The position numbers and the translations under genes are program-made. A stretch of 63,906 bases of DNA, the filler included, from Octopus bimaculoides (Eukaryota): NCBI RefSeq assembly GCF_001194135.2. It is 4 parts of 4 records of this genome, joined end to end, with 100 filler letters (N's around TTAATTAATTAA, not from the genome) between each part and the next. Parts side by side here need not be neighbours in the genome. Positions count along the whole stretch, not along the records: positions 1 to 25,158 come from NC_068986.1; 3 more parts are not named here. The stretch is one strand, 5' to 3'. The notes beneath the pieces were generated by a model. That model saw nothing but the letters and a program-made list of their open reading frames with translations, had not been told where the DNA came from and ran no database searches. Positions 1-14,020 of this stretch are shown here, piece after piece (within the stretch, counting starts at the first letter, position 1; each line of letters opens with the position of its first letter).

Positions 1-210
1 TTTCCATATTCCTTACGATCTTATCGACCATAACCGAAAAATATATTTTTGATAATAAGAGAGATCTTTCGCTTATAAAAAGAATGTTTACTGCTGTTAC
101 ATACACAATACTCTCTCCTGGCCTGACTCAACGTTCGTTTATTTTAAGAATCAAACAAAATAACATTCTAGTCTTTTGTAGGAATATTATTAGTCAAATA
201 AAATTATTAG

Positions 211-615
211 AGGCACAGGAGTGGCTGTGTGGTAAGTAGCTTGCTTACCAACCATATGGTTCTGGGTTCAGTCTCACTGCGTGGTATCTTGGGCAAGTGT
301 CTTCTACTATAACCTCGGGCCGAAAAGCCTTGTGAGTAGATTTGGTAGACGGAAACTGAAAGAAGCCAGTCGTGTATATGTATATGTATATATATGTATG
401 TGTGTGTATATGTTTGTGTGTCTGTCTTTGTCCACGCATCATCGCTTGTCAACCGATGGTGGTGTGTTTACGTCCCCGTAATTTAATGGTTCGGAAAAAG
501 AGACCGATAGAATAAGGACTAGGCTTACAAGAGTAAGTCCTGGGGTCGATTTGCTCGACTAAAGGCGGTGCTCCAGCATGGCCACAGTCAAATGACTGAA
601 ACAAGTAAAAGAGTA
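211..615 (+). mobile_element. tRNA-derived SINE family A, near full length
   Basis: Head has A-box-like TGGCTGTGTGG and B-box-like GGGTTCAGTCTC, followed by an internal (TA/TG)n tract and a 3' tail ...GGCCACAGTCAAATGACTGAAACAAGTAAAAGAG. Similar copies occur elsewhere in the window (7497-7892 and 49535-49856 on -, 32541-32846 on +). Confidence 0.85.
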
Positions 616-1399
616 GAGGATTTACAAACAGGGTTTGAACCTGCAATCAGTGATTTGGTTTTCCCTACACTGCACCTCTTTTATGGGAGTGATAATTTCC
701 TTTATTTATTAAAACTGAATAAAAGGCAGTTAGAGATGAAGTTAATTGGGTTGGTCTATTTTTATTACTGGCTTAATTAACTTATAATTTATTTTACAAT
801 TATGAACTGCGGCATTTTTGAATCTACAGTTCTGCAAGTATGTTCCTAAATGTGTGCGTGTGTGTGTGTGTGTGTGTGNNNNNNNNNNNNNNNNNNNNNN
901 NNNNNNNNNNNNNNNNNNNNNNNNNNNNNNNNNNNNNNNNNNNNNNNNNNNNNNNNNNNNNNNNNNNNNNNNNNNNNNNNNNNNNNNNNNNNNNNNNNNN
1001 NNNNNNNNNNNNNNNNNNNNNNNNNNNNNNNNNNNNNNNNNNNNNNNNNNNNNNNNNNNNNNNNNNNNNNNNNNNNNNNNNNNNNNNNNNNNNNNNNNNN
1101 NNNNNNNNNNNNNNNNNNNNNNNNNNNNNNNNNNNNNNNNNNNNNNNNNNNNNNNNNNNNNNNNNNNNNNNNNNNNNNNNNNNNNNNNNNNNNNNNNNNN
1201 NNNNNNNNATGAAGACATAATTACTTTTATGAACTAGATGGTGTCTGGTAGCATTAGAGTTGTTTAGATACATTATTGCATAATTTCAAATGAACAATTC
1301 ATTTTATCGTTGAAATTATTCCAGAATTATCGAAAATTTTGCTTTGGCAGGCAATACCTAGTTACCATATGGCTGCGTATATATATATATATATATATA

Positions 1400-1500
1400 T
1401 ATGACTAACGAGTGAGACAGATACAAGAATCTCCTTTAATCGTTACAATTGTTTCGACCCCTCTAGCATCGATCCCTCGAGGACGGGATTCTGGAAATCT
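1400..1500 (-). mobile_element. Short repeat family 3 (Penelope pLTR-like module), degenerate copy
   Basis: On -: ATCCCGTCCTCGAGGGATCGATGCTAGAGGGGTCGAAACAATTGTAACGATT, which aligns with the copies at 57870-57925 (-) and 58369-58418 (+). Confidence 0.5.
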
Positions 1501-1769
1501 GGTTTAGGTATATCCCTCGGTGTAGACGTGCTTTTTCATGTGTTTTTAATAGGAATCTTCTTAAAATAAACTCTGCTTCGCAAGATTTGTTCTACGTTTT
1601 CGTATATAGAAGTGGTAAATTAACGTATACAATTTCATTCTTATAGAAGTATCATAACAAATATCATATAGAATAAAGAGACAAATAAACTGTACAGCGA
1701 AAAATATATTAGATATAAACATTAGTATATATGTGTGTGTATACAAATATTAGTATACGTGTGTGTATA

Positions 1770-1972
1770 CGCGAGCGTATATTTTGTTTCGTCCTCACCC
1801 GGCTTGAAAACTGGTGTTGGTTTGTCTAAACCCTGTAAGCGGTTCAGACAAAGATAAATGAAATAAATACCAGACTTCAAAAGAATAAGTACAACAGTCG
1901 ATTTGTTTCCCTAATTTCTTCGAGGTGACGACCCTGCATGGTCTCAGTCAAATGAACGAAACAAGTAAATTA
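1770..1972 (+). mobile_element. SINE family A, diverged 3' half
   Basis: Aligns with the 3' half of 211-615 (GCTTGAAAACTGGTGTTGGTTTG ... AGTCAAATGAACGAAACAAGTAAA). Confidence 0.65.
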
Positions 1973-3377
1973 ATGCAATATTAAATGAAAGTTTCGTAAG
2001 GTCTGGAAATGCGAATGCTCTGTCTGTGTAACATTGAAGTTTAACTCCAATGTTTGATGCAATCAATTTTGGCCTACCTTTATAGAAAGCAGTTAAGTGT
2101 TCGACCTTAAACATTATTTAAAGTGTTCTAAGAACGCGAATGTTGTTGGTTAGCTCTTGGTAATCCCTTAAATTACAAAATGAGTCTTTCCTTTTTTAAG
2201 ATACTAACTTTTTATAAGATAGTAACTTGATTGCTGTTGCTAGCAATCAATATCAACCAACTATGGTTCGTGAGTGAACGTATGTGTGTTGGCTGTTGAT
2301 CAAACTCGTAATTAAAGTTGGTAGTAAAATATTGATTGATGTTACGCATTCACTGGAATACATAGCATGGGGCAGGATACGCTTGGTAAATGGATACTTA
2401 TAAATATTATATAATTCAACGGAATTATATTGAATTAGAATTATTATACACTATTCATTGCGTTCATTTAGAATGTAAAAATGTTATGAAAGTCACTGCT
2501 ACAACAATTCCGTTACGTTATTACATTATTAAAAAAACATGTTGTTTGTTGTTTAATTATCAAGTTAATCCTCGAACACACCTATGAAATATGATCAGAA
2601 TATGAAAATCGTGCCTTGCATTATATAAATGTATGTGTGTGTGTGTATGTGTGTGTGTATGTGTGTGTCTGTGTCTGTGTGTGTGTGCGTGTGTGTGTGA
2701 TGCCGCCCAAGAGCTTCACTTTCTTTTATTTATTAGGTATTTCGTAGCAATTTCTTGTTCTTAGATTGCAAAGGCATAGCCTTTGAAGAGGGATATGATG
2801 TAGTGGGTACTAGTCCCAGAGAGGCAATGCCGCTAGACTATATTACTGTTTTCTTCAGGTTTTCGGGAAAAATGCCCACGCCTGGTCTTTTTTTTTTTAG
2901 TATACTGATTATTTAACAACCAGGTATTCTTTGAGATATGTTAGTCCAGCTGCTTTAGGGTTGGGAATGAGGTCATCAGGAAGAGAGTGCTTCCGGAGGA
3001 GCTCTTATAACAGCTGAAAATTTTGTATTCAATTGAAGCTGGGGGTTTTTTTTCGTTTTTTTTTTTTTGACATTATCATTTTTCGCATAAAACTTGAGGT
3101 CATCCACTAAGAAATTAGGGGTCATATTAATATCTGTAGTAGTTGGAAACCATAGCATGGAGCTATGTGATTTAAGTATCAACAATGATAATGTATGTAT
3201 GTATGTATGTACGTATGCATATATGTGTGTATATATGTATGTATGTGTGTATGTATGTGTGTATGTATGTGTGTATATTTATGTATATGTATGTATGTAT
3301 CTTTATATATGTGTGTGNNNNNNNNNNNNNNNNNNNNNNNNNNNNNNNNNNNNNNNNNNNNNNNNNNNNNNNNNNNN

Positions 3378-3414
<37 letters not shown>

Positions 3415-3754
3415 TGTGTGTGTGTGTGTGTAGTTTATAGATTAGAGAAAGGGATTCTCCCTATAGAATACACGTCGTAGTCCTCCAGAGATTTGAACTT
3501 GAGCAGGAAGAGGAGTAAACATATGGACAAACAAGTTAGGCAAATTTCTATACAAAAAGTATTAGATACATTTAATACAAAAATGTATATATGTACACAT
3601 ATAAAAAAAGGCCGTGTTACACAGAATGAAAAGGATATCAGGAATTAAGGAGGGTTGAGTAGGAGATTTACGAGTCCAACAGCTGTTCCTGGGTGTTTGA
3701 TGGTCCAACATAATGCTTGTAACTTGGTTCCATCATCGGATAACACCAGCCTCC

Positions 3755-3900
3755 GTCTTCAAGTATTTCGTCTGTCTTTACGTTCTGAGTTCAAATTCCG
3801 CCGCGGTCATCCTTGGCTTTCATCCTATCGGAGTAGATAAATTAAATACCAGTTGCGTACTGGGATCGATCTAATCGACTGGACCCCCTCCGCAAAAAGA
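3755..3900 (+). mobile_element. SINE family B, 5'-truncated
   Basis: Contains ATTTCGTCTGTCTTTACGTTCTGAGTTCAAATTCCGCCG (B-box-like) and ACCAGTTGCGTACTGGGATCGATCTAATCGACTGG, shared with 40370-40597 and 58553-58756. Confidence 0.8.
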
Positions 3901-4179
3901 TTATAACGTCTCTTTCGAGGCCTCCGCATTGTCGAATATGTGCGTGAGGGCACACCACGTTAATGTGTAGGAATTACTTGCGTTTTTTGTACAAAACAAA
4001 ACATTACTCCGATATATCCTCAACCATGAATATGTAGGTAAGAAATTTGCTTCGCAACAAACTACTTTCAGGTTCAACCTAAATTCGTAGCACATTGCGC
4101 AAGTGTCAGTCCCAGTCGATCAGTGCCTTCATGTAGATGGGAAAATCCGTTTTACATATACAAATATATGTATATACGT

Positions 4180-4388
4180 GTGATTTATTTTTGTGCTGGT
4201 CCCTGCTGCTGGGAAGCTAGAGCTGGTTGTTTACGTCCTGGTTATATAGTAGTTAGACAAATCAAAAACAACAAAGTATGCATCAGACATGAAATAAGGA
4301 TTGGAGGTGAATTGTTTGTCTAAACACACCAAGGCAGCGCTCCAATATGGCCATGGGCCAATGGATAAAACAAGTAAAAGAATAAAAG
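4180..4388 (+). mobile_element. SINE family A, highly diverged 3' half
   Basis: Contains TGTTTACGTCC and GGCAGCGCTCCAATATGGCC...AAACAAGTAAAAGAATAAAAG, similar to the family A tail. Confidence 0.55.
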
Positions 4389-6669
4389 TATCAACAAATT
4401 ATCATAGATGTAGTATGCATTTTTCTTAAAGAGATATTCGAGTTTTGGGGATAGGTGGCAGTATTTGATGTGGTATTTATATAAGGTCAACGATTAGCAT
4501 CAAAGTTTATATGATTTAACCTGACAACACTTCTGAATTATTTCAAAATCAATTAAATACCAACTATTCTTTTAACAAAATATAATTTTCGGAAACAACT
4601 CAGGATAGGTTGTACGTTTTGTCTTCAATATTTTTTCATTAATATACGAACTTATAATAGCAGGAGAAAATTTTCATGCCATCATAGCGGTCAAATATAA
4701 TAATTTATGTTCAAGCTGCAAAATATATTTCTGTAACTAATTTATTTCATAACGGTGTAGCGAATTTATTGATTATCTCTCCTTTTCAGAGTCCAGATGC
4801 TTACAATGACCAGGAGCTGATTTATTGTTCTCAAACTGTCACTCGTCTTAAAATTACATAAGTAAAACAAAGTAATTATCAAAAATTGGTAGTAAAAAAT
4901 ACTGTAAATAAATCTTCTTACACAGAAACGACTAAATGAGGTAATAAATCTATTTCCTCTGTTATAAATTAGTATTTTTTTCTGAAATATGTACCGAGAA
5001 GAGCTCTCCAATATTGCGCCACTGAACAGATTTAAGACATTGCACTATGTTCTACCTTTTAGTTAGGAGAGAAGGCACCTCTGTCTTCTTTCGAAGCAAG
5101 CTGCTCCCCATCGAGGATATTTTCGAACCTCCCATCTAACAATATTGTAGGCCTCTGTATATGATCAACCAGATAGTTAAGAGAGGTGGAGAGAGTCGCA
5201 AACATTCCTCGAACTGCAGACCTGGCCTGAATACATGTTGCAGCATAATGAAGTTTAGCTAAAAGTACGCAAGAATCGGGGGTGGATGTTAAACAAAAGA
5301 CGGATTAAGATCACAGCTTCAGTAGCCTATGAGAAGATTTGAACTCGTAACACAAAGACTTGTAACAAGGTATCCAGCGCGACTTTCTTACACTTCCACC
5401 AATCCAACAGCCAGAAAGTAGTGCTTGTTTATCGGCTCCCAACAAGTGGAAATTGATCTTAACGTGATTTGTAGTTACAACGCTGTTCGAAGAAATAACT
5501 CAGGGACAATTTATCCAACGCGTAAGTAATTAATCCGCTATTTTCTACTAGTTATTAAGAATAACTGACCATTAAACGTTATTTCTAACATTTAAATTGA
5601 TAATAACTTTATCTGTACGGTTATTTGGGTGAGAATTTTAACAGAGTGATGCATGTTAATACTGCAGTAACTATTCATTTATGCATAGCTCAAACTGTTT
5701 ACAGCATTTACTTCATAACTATTTATAGCTTAGTGAACTGGATCTCTTAAACTGAATCATATATGTTAACGATAGGATGCCGGAGGTAATGGAGGGATAT
5801 AAAAAATTGATCATTCAGTTAAAAGATCAACTTGCGATGAACTCGGCCAGTTGAGGTTTCCGTTAGTGATGCAACGGTATCTAAAAATCGAGTAAATAAA
5901 GAAAAACCAGCAATATAGAATTGTTGCTTTATTTGACATTTTCAACTGAGGGAAATAAATGCACGTTGATGGAGATGACATTTTCTTCTCAGATACACCA
6001 CACATAATAATACGGTCCATTGAATCACGTGTGCAAATGCGTGCAGTTAAACAGCTTTATAACTTCATCTTCAAGAACACTCACGAACACATTCCATACA
6101 TTTTTGCATAGTTACATCCTGTCATGTATGAGTGAGCACACATATGATTCTCAGTACGTTTTGATGCTGATGTTATTTTAGTTTTTCAATATCATATTTG
6201 GTTTTATAACTAATATATATGCGAAAGCTTTAAGTATTGATTATACCTTTCCATACACACACACAGTTTGAAATAATAGTATTAAGAAAATCAGTATATA
6301 TACATACATATATATATATATATNNNNNNNNNNNNNNNNNNNNNNNNNNNNNNNNNNNNNNNNNNNNNNNNNNNNNNNNNNNNNNNNNNNNNNNNNNNNN
6401 NNNNNNNNNNNNNNNNNNNNNNNNNNNNNNNNNNNNNNNNNNNNNNNNNNNNNNNNNNNNNNNNNNNNNNNNNNNNNNNNNNNNNNNNNNNNNNNNNNNN
6501 NNNNNNNNNNNNNNNNNNNNNNNNNNNNNNNNNNNNNNNNNNNNNNNNNNNNNNNNNNNNNNNNNNNNNNNNNNNNNNNNNNNNNNNNNNNNNNNNNNNN
6601 NNNNNNNNNNNNNNNNNNNNNNNNNNNNNNNNNNNNNNNTGTGTGTGTGTGTGCGTGTATATCTATCTA

Positions 6670-6726
<57 letters not shown>

Positions 6727-7496
6727 ATGTACGTATATACATAAGTAAAGAAGTATGAATAATACGTGACAACCAAGATTGAAGTAAGCACAAAATGGTT
6801 GGATGCGTGTTTGTTAAAACTGGCGTAAATTTTAAAATTTGGGTCTTTGGATGTTTTCCTAAAGCTATCCTATTTTGGGATAAGTATGTCTCGTCCTTCC
6901 ATCTCCCTCTTTCTCTCTGTCTGTCTACCTCTTTCTTTTTCTCTTTCTCTCTTTCTTTATATATATATATATAGAACACAAGAGAGAGGGAGAAGGAAAA
7001 AGAGAAAAGTGCAGAAAGTTACATAATAGTGCATGAAGTATATCCGTAGTTTATATTTTCCCAGCATCTGCTCACATTACACAATACAGCTGCAGTGATT
7101 CTAGTTGTCTTTGAGCGTTAATGCATATAGCATTGTCTATGAATACAAATCGATTTCGGGGCTGGGGAATTTACTTAATGGCAAATAGCTGCCATAGATA
7201 TGGATCAAAAGAAATGCAAATATGCAAGAAATGTCAGCTTGACATAACGGTAATACAGCAGGGAAAATAAGGAAGAAAAAGTGTTCTAGTAAATAGAAAA
7301 TAAAACGAAAACATCGCAGAAAGGGACAAGGGAATGAGAAAGCACACTTAAGTTTACAATTAACAATGGAAGAAAAATAAATTCCATGCTGTCCCATTCA
7401 GTAGAGTTATGAAGAAATAGAAGGATATGAAGAGACTATAATAAGCCAACTGTGAAAGGAAATTGTTAAATAGTTGCTTACAAGGATTGTCGAAAG

Positions 7497-7892
7497 GTAC
7501 TCTTTTACTTGATTCAGTCATTTGACTGCGGCCATGCTGGAGCACCGCCTTTTAATCGAAGAAATCAACCCCAGGACTTATTCTTTGTAAGCCTAGTACT
7601 TATTCTATCGGTCTCTTTTTTGCCGAACCGCTAATTTACGGGGACGTAAACACACCAGCATCGGTTGTCAAGCGATGTTGGGGCACAAACACAGACACAC
7701 AGACACACACATACATATATATACATACATATATACGACGGGCTTCTTTCAGTTTCCGTCTACCAAATTCACTCACAAGGCTTTGGTCGGCCCGAGGCTA
7801 TAGTAGAAGACACTTGCCGAAGTTACCACGCAGTGGAACTGAACCCAGAACCATGTGGTTGGTAAGCAAGCTACTTACCACACAGTCACTCT
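7497..7892 (-). mobile_element. SINE family A, near full length
   Basis: Reverse complement of 211-615 along its whole length. Confidence 0.85.
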
Positions 7893-10800
7893 TAATATTC
7901 ACCCAAGTTAGTTTCCAGTTGTTTCAACTCTTTTTGAAGAAACCTACTGGATGCTCATTGCGCAGCATTGTCTTATATAAATTATCATTGCGATGTAAAT
8001 ATTTCATTTCATGAGAGATAATTTTATGGTTGTATTTTCATAAAATTTTACAGGCTGTTTTTAAAAAATAAACTACTGCATACATATAGATTATAATGAA
8101 ATGACACAAATAAACACATAAAAAGAGGGGTGAGAGGGAAATAAATAGACATATCCATTAGGTCACTATTTGGACTTCGTCACCATATGTTTCAATCATT
8201 GATCTTATGCACAGATGTAGAGATTTTAACTGTTCACGACGAACATCTAATATATTCAGTGGAATATATTAGGTATTTGAGAAACCCGCAATAAGAAGCA
8301 CACACAAAAAAACATAAGCACACATACACATACACATACACACACAGTCACAGACACACACACGCACGAACGCGCATGCATGTGTGTGCATGTATATATN
8401 NNNNNNNNNNNNNNNNNNNNNNNNNNNNNNNNNNNNNNNNNNNNNNNNNNNNNNNNNNNNNNNNNNNNNNNNNNNNNNNNNNNNNNNNNNNNNNNNNNNN
8501 NNNNNNNNNNNNNNNNNNNNNNNNNNNNNNNNNNNNNNNNNNNNNNNNNNNNNNNNNNNNNNNNNNNNNNNNNNNNNNNNNNNNNNNNNNNNNNNNNNNN
8601 NNNNNNNNNNNNNNNNNNNNNNNNNNNNNNNNNNNNNNNNNNNNNNNNNNNNNNNNNNNNNNNNNNNNNNNNNNNNNNNNNNNNNNNNNNNNNNNNNNNN
8701 NNNNNNNNNNNNNNNNNNNNNNNNNNNNNNNNNNNNNNNNNNNNNNNNNNNTATATATATATATATATATATATATCCAATTTAATGTGGATGTCTTGTA
8801 CTCCGAATACTGTATTATCCGCCTTCAGAAGCCCCAGTTGTCGTTTGCTACGATGTATGATATATATTTGTGCTTTTATGCATCATATGTCTGTATGAGA
8901 GGACCCTTAAGGCGATTAACGCGGTATTCAACGTTTGACAAGACATCCATTTTAAGTTGATTATAATGATTGCCTGTTGGTATTAATACTGCTTCTGTAG
9001 CCAATAATTGTGTGAGTGAGTGTGTGTGGGTTTGCATGTTTCCGCAGATTTAAACGTGAATATATTATAATCGCTGCTGTAAATCGTCATTCGAAAACAT
9101 GTTTTCTTTTCAGATGTGTGAGTATTCATAGCACACACGATTCATTGAATTACAAGTGCGTATAAGTAAATAGCTTGTTTGCCGAATACTGTAAAGAAGA
9201 GCCAGGTATCATGTTTAATTACACTAGATCGAGGTAGCTTTAACTGAAGAAACAACGGCGTCGCAAAGTCCCCTAATCTAATTATTCGAGTGTGCAACGA
9301 AAATACATTTGCTTAAAAGGCGAAGTTGTTTTCTAGTGATGAAATAAAACAATTCAAGTAGTAAGGTAGATAAACACAGTTATGCTTGATACATATATTT
9401 ATATGGAGTACAAGATACCGATAATAATAAAAGAATGAATTAATTTATATATACGTAGAAAACTTCTGAACTGTCATGTCATATCTTCACAGTTGTTTCC
9501 AGTAGCCAAGTGTCACGTAATAATCATAATTGACAAGTAATATTCGCACGATGTCATAGGAACGTAACCGACAAGTCCAGATGATGTTATTACAGTAAGT
9601 ACGGCCTCCATTTTCAAGAAAATAACAAATTCATGCCGTCTAGTAGTATATAAAAATATAGGGGAATATACAAATATAAAGACTTACAGAAGGAAAAAAA
9701 GAACAATGGAAATAGTAACATAGAAGCGGTGGTTAAGAGGCAAGATCAGAAACAAAAGATATAAAGAAAAAGAAACAGAATTAAAAGAAAGTTAATAACT
9801 CGCCTGCTGAAAGCCGAGGCGATTACTTTGGCAAACATTTTAATCAAACAGACCGAATTAAAGATTTTTATTTTGGGTAAGAGTTTTGTAGTGACTAGTT
9901 TAAGTTCGAATAATTATATGAAAAAGAGTGCACACGTGAAAACAGAGGCAAATCGTAACTCGCAAATGAATATTGCTGGCAGTATTGTGCAAGCAGTCGA
10001 TAAGAGCTCTCCGCAGTTGACAAAATATTGATTTTTTTCCAGCTGGGCGTGTGTCACGTTTTTGTCGCTGGCTCAAGCGAAATCCTAGGCGAATTGAAGG
10101 TAGTCTATCTATGTTGGTAGCGCGGAATTTTAAGAAAAAGCGCTCTAAGTCAGAGAGAGCACACATGTCAAATTTGGTGAAATTCGGTTTAAAATTGTAG
10201 TAGTAGATTTGGTTCACACAACACACAGACAGACAACTTGCCTTTTAACATATAATATATAGACATACGTGNNNNNNNNNNNNNNNNNNNNNNNNNNNNN
10301 NNNNNNNNNNNNNNNNNNNNNNNNNNNNNNNNNNNNNNNNNNNNNNNNNNNNNNNNNNNNNNNNNNNNNNNNNNNNNNNNNNNNNNNNNNNNNTTTATTT
10401 ATATATATATACTTTTATTTATATATATATAATGTATATACATATACATGTATGTGTGTACGTATGTGTGTGTATGTGTGTGTATGTGTGGGGGGTGTAT
10501 AGATACCTTACCAGATGTGTGTTAAATACTTGTATATATATGTATCTGTTTGAGCGTGTATTGTTACGCGCGCTTATGTGCGTGCTTGAAAATAACCGAA
10601 AGTAAATTAGTTGGAGTGGTAACTCAGTCGAAGTATAGTATAAATGGTATGTAATAGAAAATCTAAGAATGTTTTTCATCTCCTTTCATTTGACAGGGCC
10701 AGGTTAAGAAGACGCATTACTATGTCACCACTTCAATCAATCTTATATATTAATGGAAGTTGTCACCACACTATAAACTCGAATTGTAATCTCATCAATG

Positions 10801-11772
10801 AGAGGAATCTGAAGTTATGAAGCCATATTCGTAGATAAAGTATTGGACATAGATACCCGTCTCATCTTTCGCAATGGTAGTAGTTTCTGACGTGAAATGA
10901 TTAATATTGAGGATGCATAGATACGACAGTACTAAGAAAATAGTCACCACGAATCTTCTATCCCCGTGTCGTAGAATTCTAGATTGAATCAGCAATTGCC
11001 AAATTTCAGCGGGGTGTATTATAGATATAACATATCTAACACCATGTGTTAAAAAGAAATATTACGGGGCATTACATTCGACACATTAAGGATTTAATTT
11101 CTCATTTGATATAGGTGCAAAATTTCAGAACTATATCAGCTATGTTCAGTATATGAAATACTTTCTTATGAAGGTTGAATATTAAACACCTCGCACTAAA
11201 TATGTTTTTCTTTCTAATTTTAAGAAATAATACAAAGACGTACACACATGCACACACAGCGCATATATGTGTATGTATGTGTGTGTATGTCTGTCTGTCT
11301 GTATGTATATATGTGTGTATGTATGTAAGGCATCCCCGCATAGTGCCACCTTAGTTTACGGAATTTCTCGCGTACGGAAATTGTGAAGTATGTATACTAA
11401 TTTCAGCATACGTTTTAAACCTTTGCCATTACAGAAACCTGAGAATTAAAAAACTAGACTAGCTTCTAAACCAAAAGGTCGCTTTGAGGCAGTCTACCGC
11501 GAGATCAAATTAATTACCAATTTAAAAATACTATCATCATGGGACATAGATACACATATACGTGTGAATGTGCATGTGTGTATGTATACATGAGTTTATG
11601 TATGCGTCACTATAAGCCCATATGGAGTGTGAGGTGAACGTCTTGCATTTTTAACAATGAGTGTCTCTTTGTCTATATCTGTCAACCAATGTACTAATAT
11701 ATCTATCAATGTATCAAAATCACTAATCGAGGAGTGTTTGAATATTTTTGCCCTTAATAAACCTAACATGGT

Positions 11773-12075
11773 CTAAAATTTACAGGTGTTTCCTTCTCTG
11801 AGCTGTACAAAGAGATGACGTGCCATAAACGTCAAACAATTTGGGGCAAATTCTTCACCACTCAACGAAAGTGATGAACTGTGACAGAGGTTAATGTCCT
11901 TCATTCTCTCAGTAACTTTCATTCCACTATCATCATCTTTCACATTGAAGCCAATATCTTTTGAGGTAATATTGTACTCTTTAAGATATTTCTCTTCAAA
12001 TGAGTTTTACAAATATACTCAGCATGTTTAGAAATTATTTCTACGCGTAGAATTGTTAGCGTTACTTGTGTTATT
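11773..12075 (-). other. Stop-free frame of 100 codons; possible terminal exon or TE relic, unidentified
   Basis: Reads ...LRVEIISKHAEYICKTHLKRKYLKEYNITSKDIGFNVKDDDSGMKVTERMKDINLCHSSSLSLSGEEFAPNCLTFMARHLFVQLREGNTCKF*. Composition is protein-like, but I recognise no motif and the acceptor is weak. Confidence 0.2.
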
Positions 12076-12971
12076 TAGGCTAGCATGTCGAACAACCAGA
12101 TAGAAACCTCTGTTGGCTAATATTATAGCTGCACCTGGTTTAACATTGGCTGTAAATGCGTGATTACATATTATTTGTAAACAGAAAGACAAGACAAAAA
12201 GTAAGTGTTAAAACGGTTTTAAATGTAATAAAACACGCTGGTGACGGCGATAAATTGCTGGCTGTAACTGATGTGACATTCCGAATACAAAGTTCCCGGT
12301 CTGCAGCCTGAAATAAAGATTTTCTCTCAATAAACACTGTTTGTACTGAAGTCTTTGAAGCCCCTATTAATCATAATTCAGTCGGTGATTTCATTGACAT
12401 TACGAAAAATAAGCAGATAAAATTACGCAAGATGAAACGAATATCAATATAAATGAAAAAGAAACTGGCTCCATGCCAGTAAGTAGATTGTTGTGGGGAT
12501 GTTATGAAAGATGTTCAAAGTTACATCAGCAAATCCTAATAAACGAATTCCGAAACTGATGCTAGACCAACGCAGATTCAGATGTTTGAACTATCCTAAT
12601 CACTATCAGCTACAAGGAAAGCACTAACATATACACGCGCAACAAACAAACAGACACACACACGAGCGCACAAATACACATCTACACTTAATACATATAT
12701 ATAGAATATATCTATACAACGAATATAAATATCTGTATGTATATATATGTATATATATATAAATAACATTTAAGACATATAAGACATATATATAAATATA
12801 TATATATACATAATGTATCTATATAATATATTATATGTTGTAGATACATAATATACACACGCACACATATATATATATATATATAAAATATATACAATAT
12901 ATATAGAATATATTTATAATATATTGTTATTATGTGTGCGTGTGCGTGTACGCGTGCGCGTGTGTGTGCAG

Positions 12972-13250
12972 TGATATACATCTGGAAATTCTCAAAGAAG
13001 CTGTACCAAACTTTGGCACAGAAAGTTACGCCAACAGCAGAACAGGAAGCCTTTGCATAATGTCAAAGAACCAAAATCGCTATCACGATAGAGGATTAAC
13101 ACCTTGGTTTTCAAGGTCCCTTGACTCTTCAATATTGTCCCAAAACGCCAGAGAGACCTACATGGGGTTATGTGGGTGCCTTTAAAACAAAACTGGATCG
13201 CCATCAATATCAAAGCTCTGCAGGAACACTGAAGTATAAACGTCTAGATT
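12972..13250 (+). mobile_element. CR1/L2-like LINE ORF2 C-terminal remnant (frameshifted, with stops)
   Basis: Translated pieces IYIWK-(I)LKEAVPNFGTESYANSRTGSLC, HLGFQGP and GYVGAFKTKLDRH match the typical CR1/L2-group ORF2 ending (IWKIL..VPN...R.GR.C; F.GP.LFN.LP; FK.KLD). Confidence 0.65.
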
Positions 13251-13955
13251 GAAACTTCGTTTTGCAACCTTCTAATTTTGATTTCAGTTCTACGCTCAAT
13301 CCGCATAAAAAGAAACATACATACGCTTATACATGAATGTGCGTGTATATATGGCTCTATGAGTGTTTCTATGGACGTCTGTGTGGTTTTGTGTGTGTAT
13401 ATGTATGTGTGTGTGTACATGTAGAGACAGACACACTCATACGCAATTATACATATACACACATATGATATATAAGTGCTTACATGTCAGCATGCACATT
13501 TTCACAGAACCACATACGCATATCCTCGGGCATCTAATGAATATATACACATTCATACTTACATATCATATAAAATACCTACAATGTTATTGTAAAATTG
13601 GTCGGACAAGGAACAGTCCATTAATCAACATCTGATGTAATACATGCACAGAAATCAAAAATTCTTTTTTGTTTCTTAACATTATTTCATCTCCCTGACA
13701 ATCTGTCATGCGTATGCACGCAAATGATCACGAGGATATATACATAGAACATAAACATACACACACGCACGCACATGCATATATTTCCCTCCTGTTAAGT
13801 ATCTCATATCGTTTCTGATGAAAAGATATCCCTAATATCCTCGAAACAGCTGTAAGACTACCTTTATAAATGTCCTATAAATCCCACATAGCTTTGGTTT
13901 CGTTGACACATTATATTTAACACACACACACGCTCACACACACATATACATACAC

Positions 13956-14020
<65 letters not shown>
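13956..14020. repeat. (TAGA)n microsatellite
   Basis: Seen directly in the sequence. Confidence 0.95.

Noticed and set aside
5000-5320. About 80-codon minus frame (…PTILLDGRFENILDGEQLAS…) sharing AATATCCTCGA with 63485-63500
   Set aside because: It vaguely resembles an APE-type GDFN motif, but the similarity is too short and degenerate to call.
8795-8835. Hammerhead-like string on - (CTT-CTGAAGG-C-GGAT…ATTC-GGAG-TAC-AAG)
   Set aside because: There are too many core deviations (A9G, GAAA to GGAG), so it could be chance.
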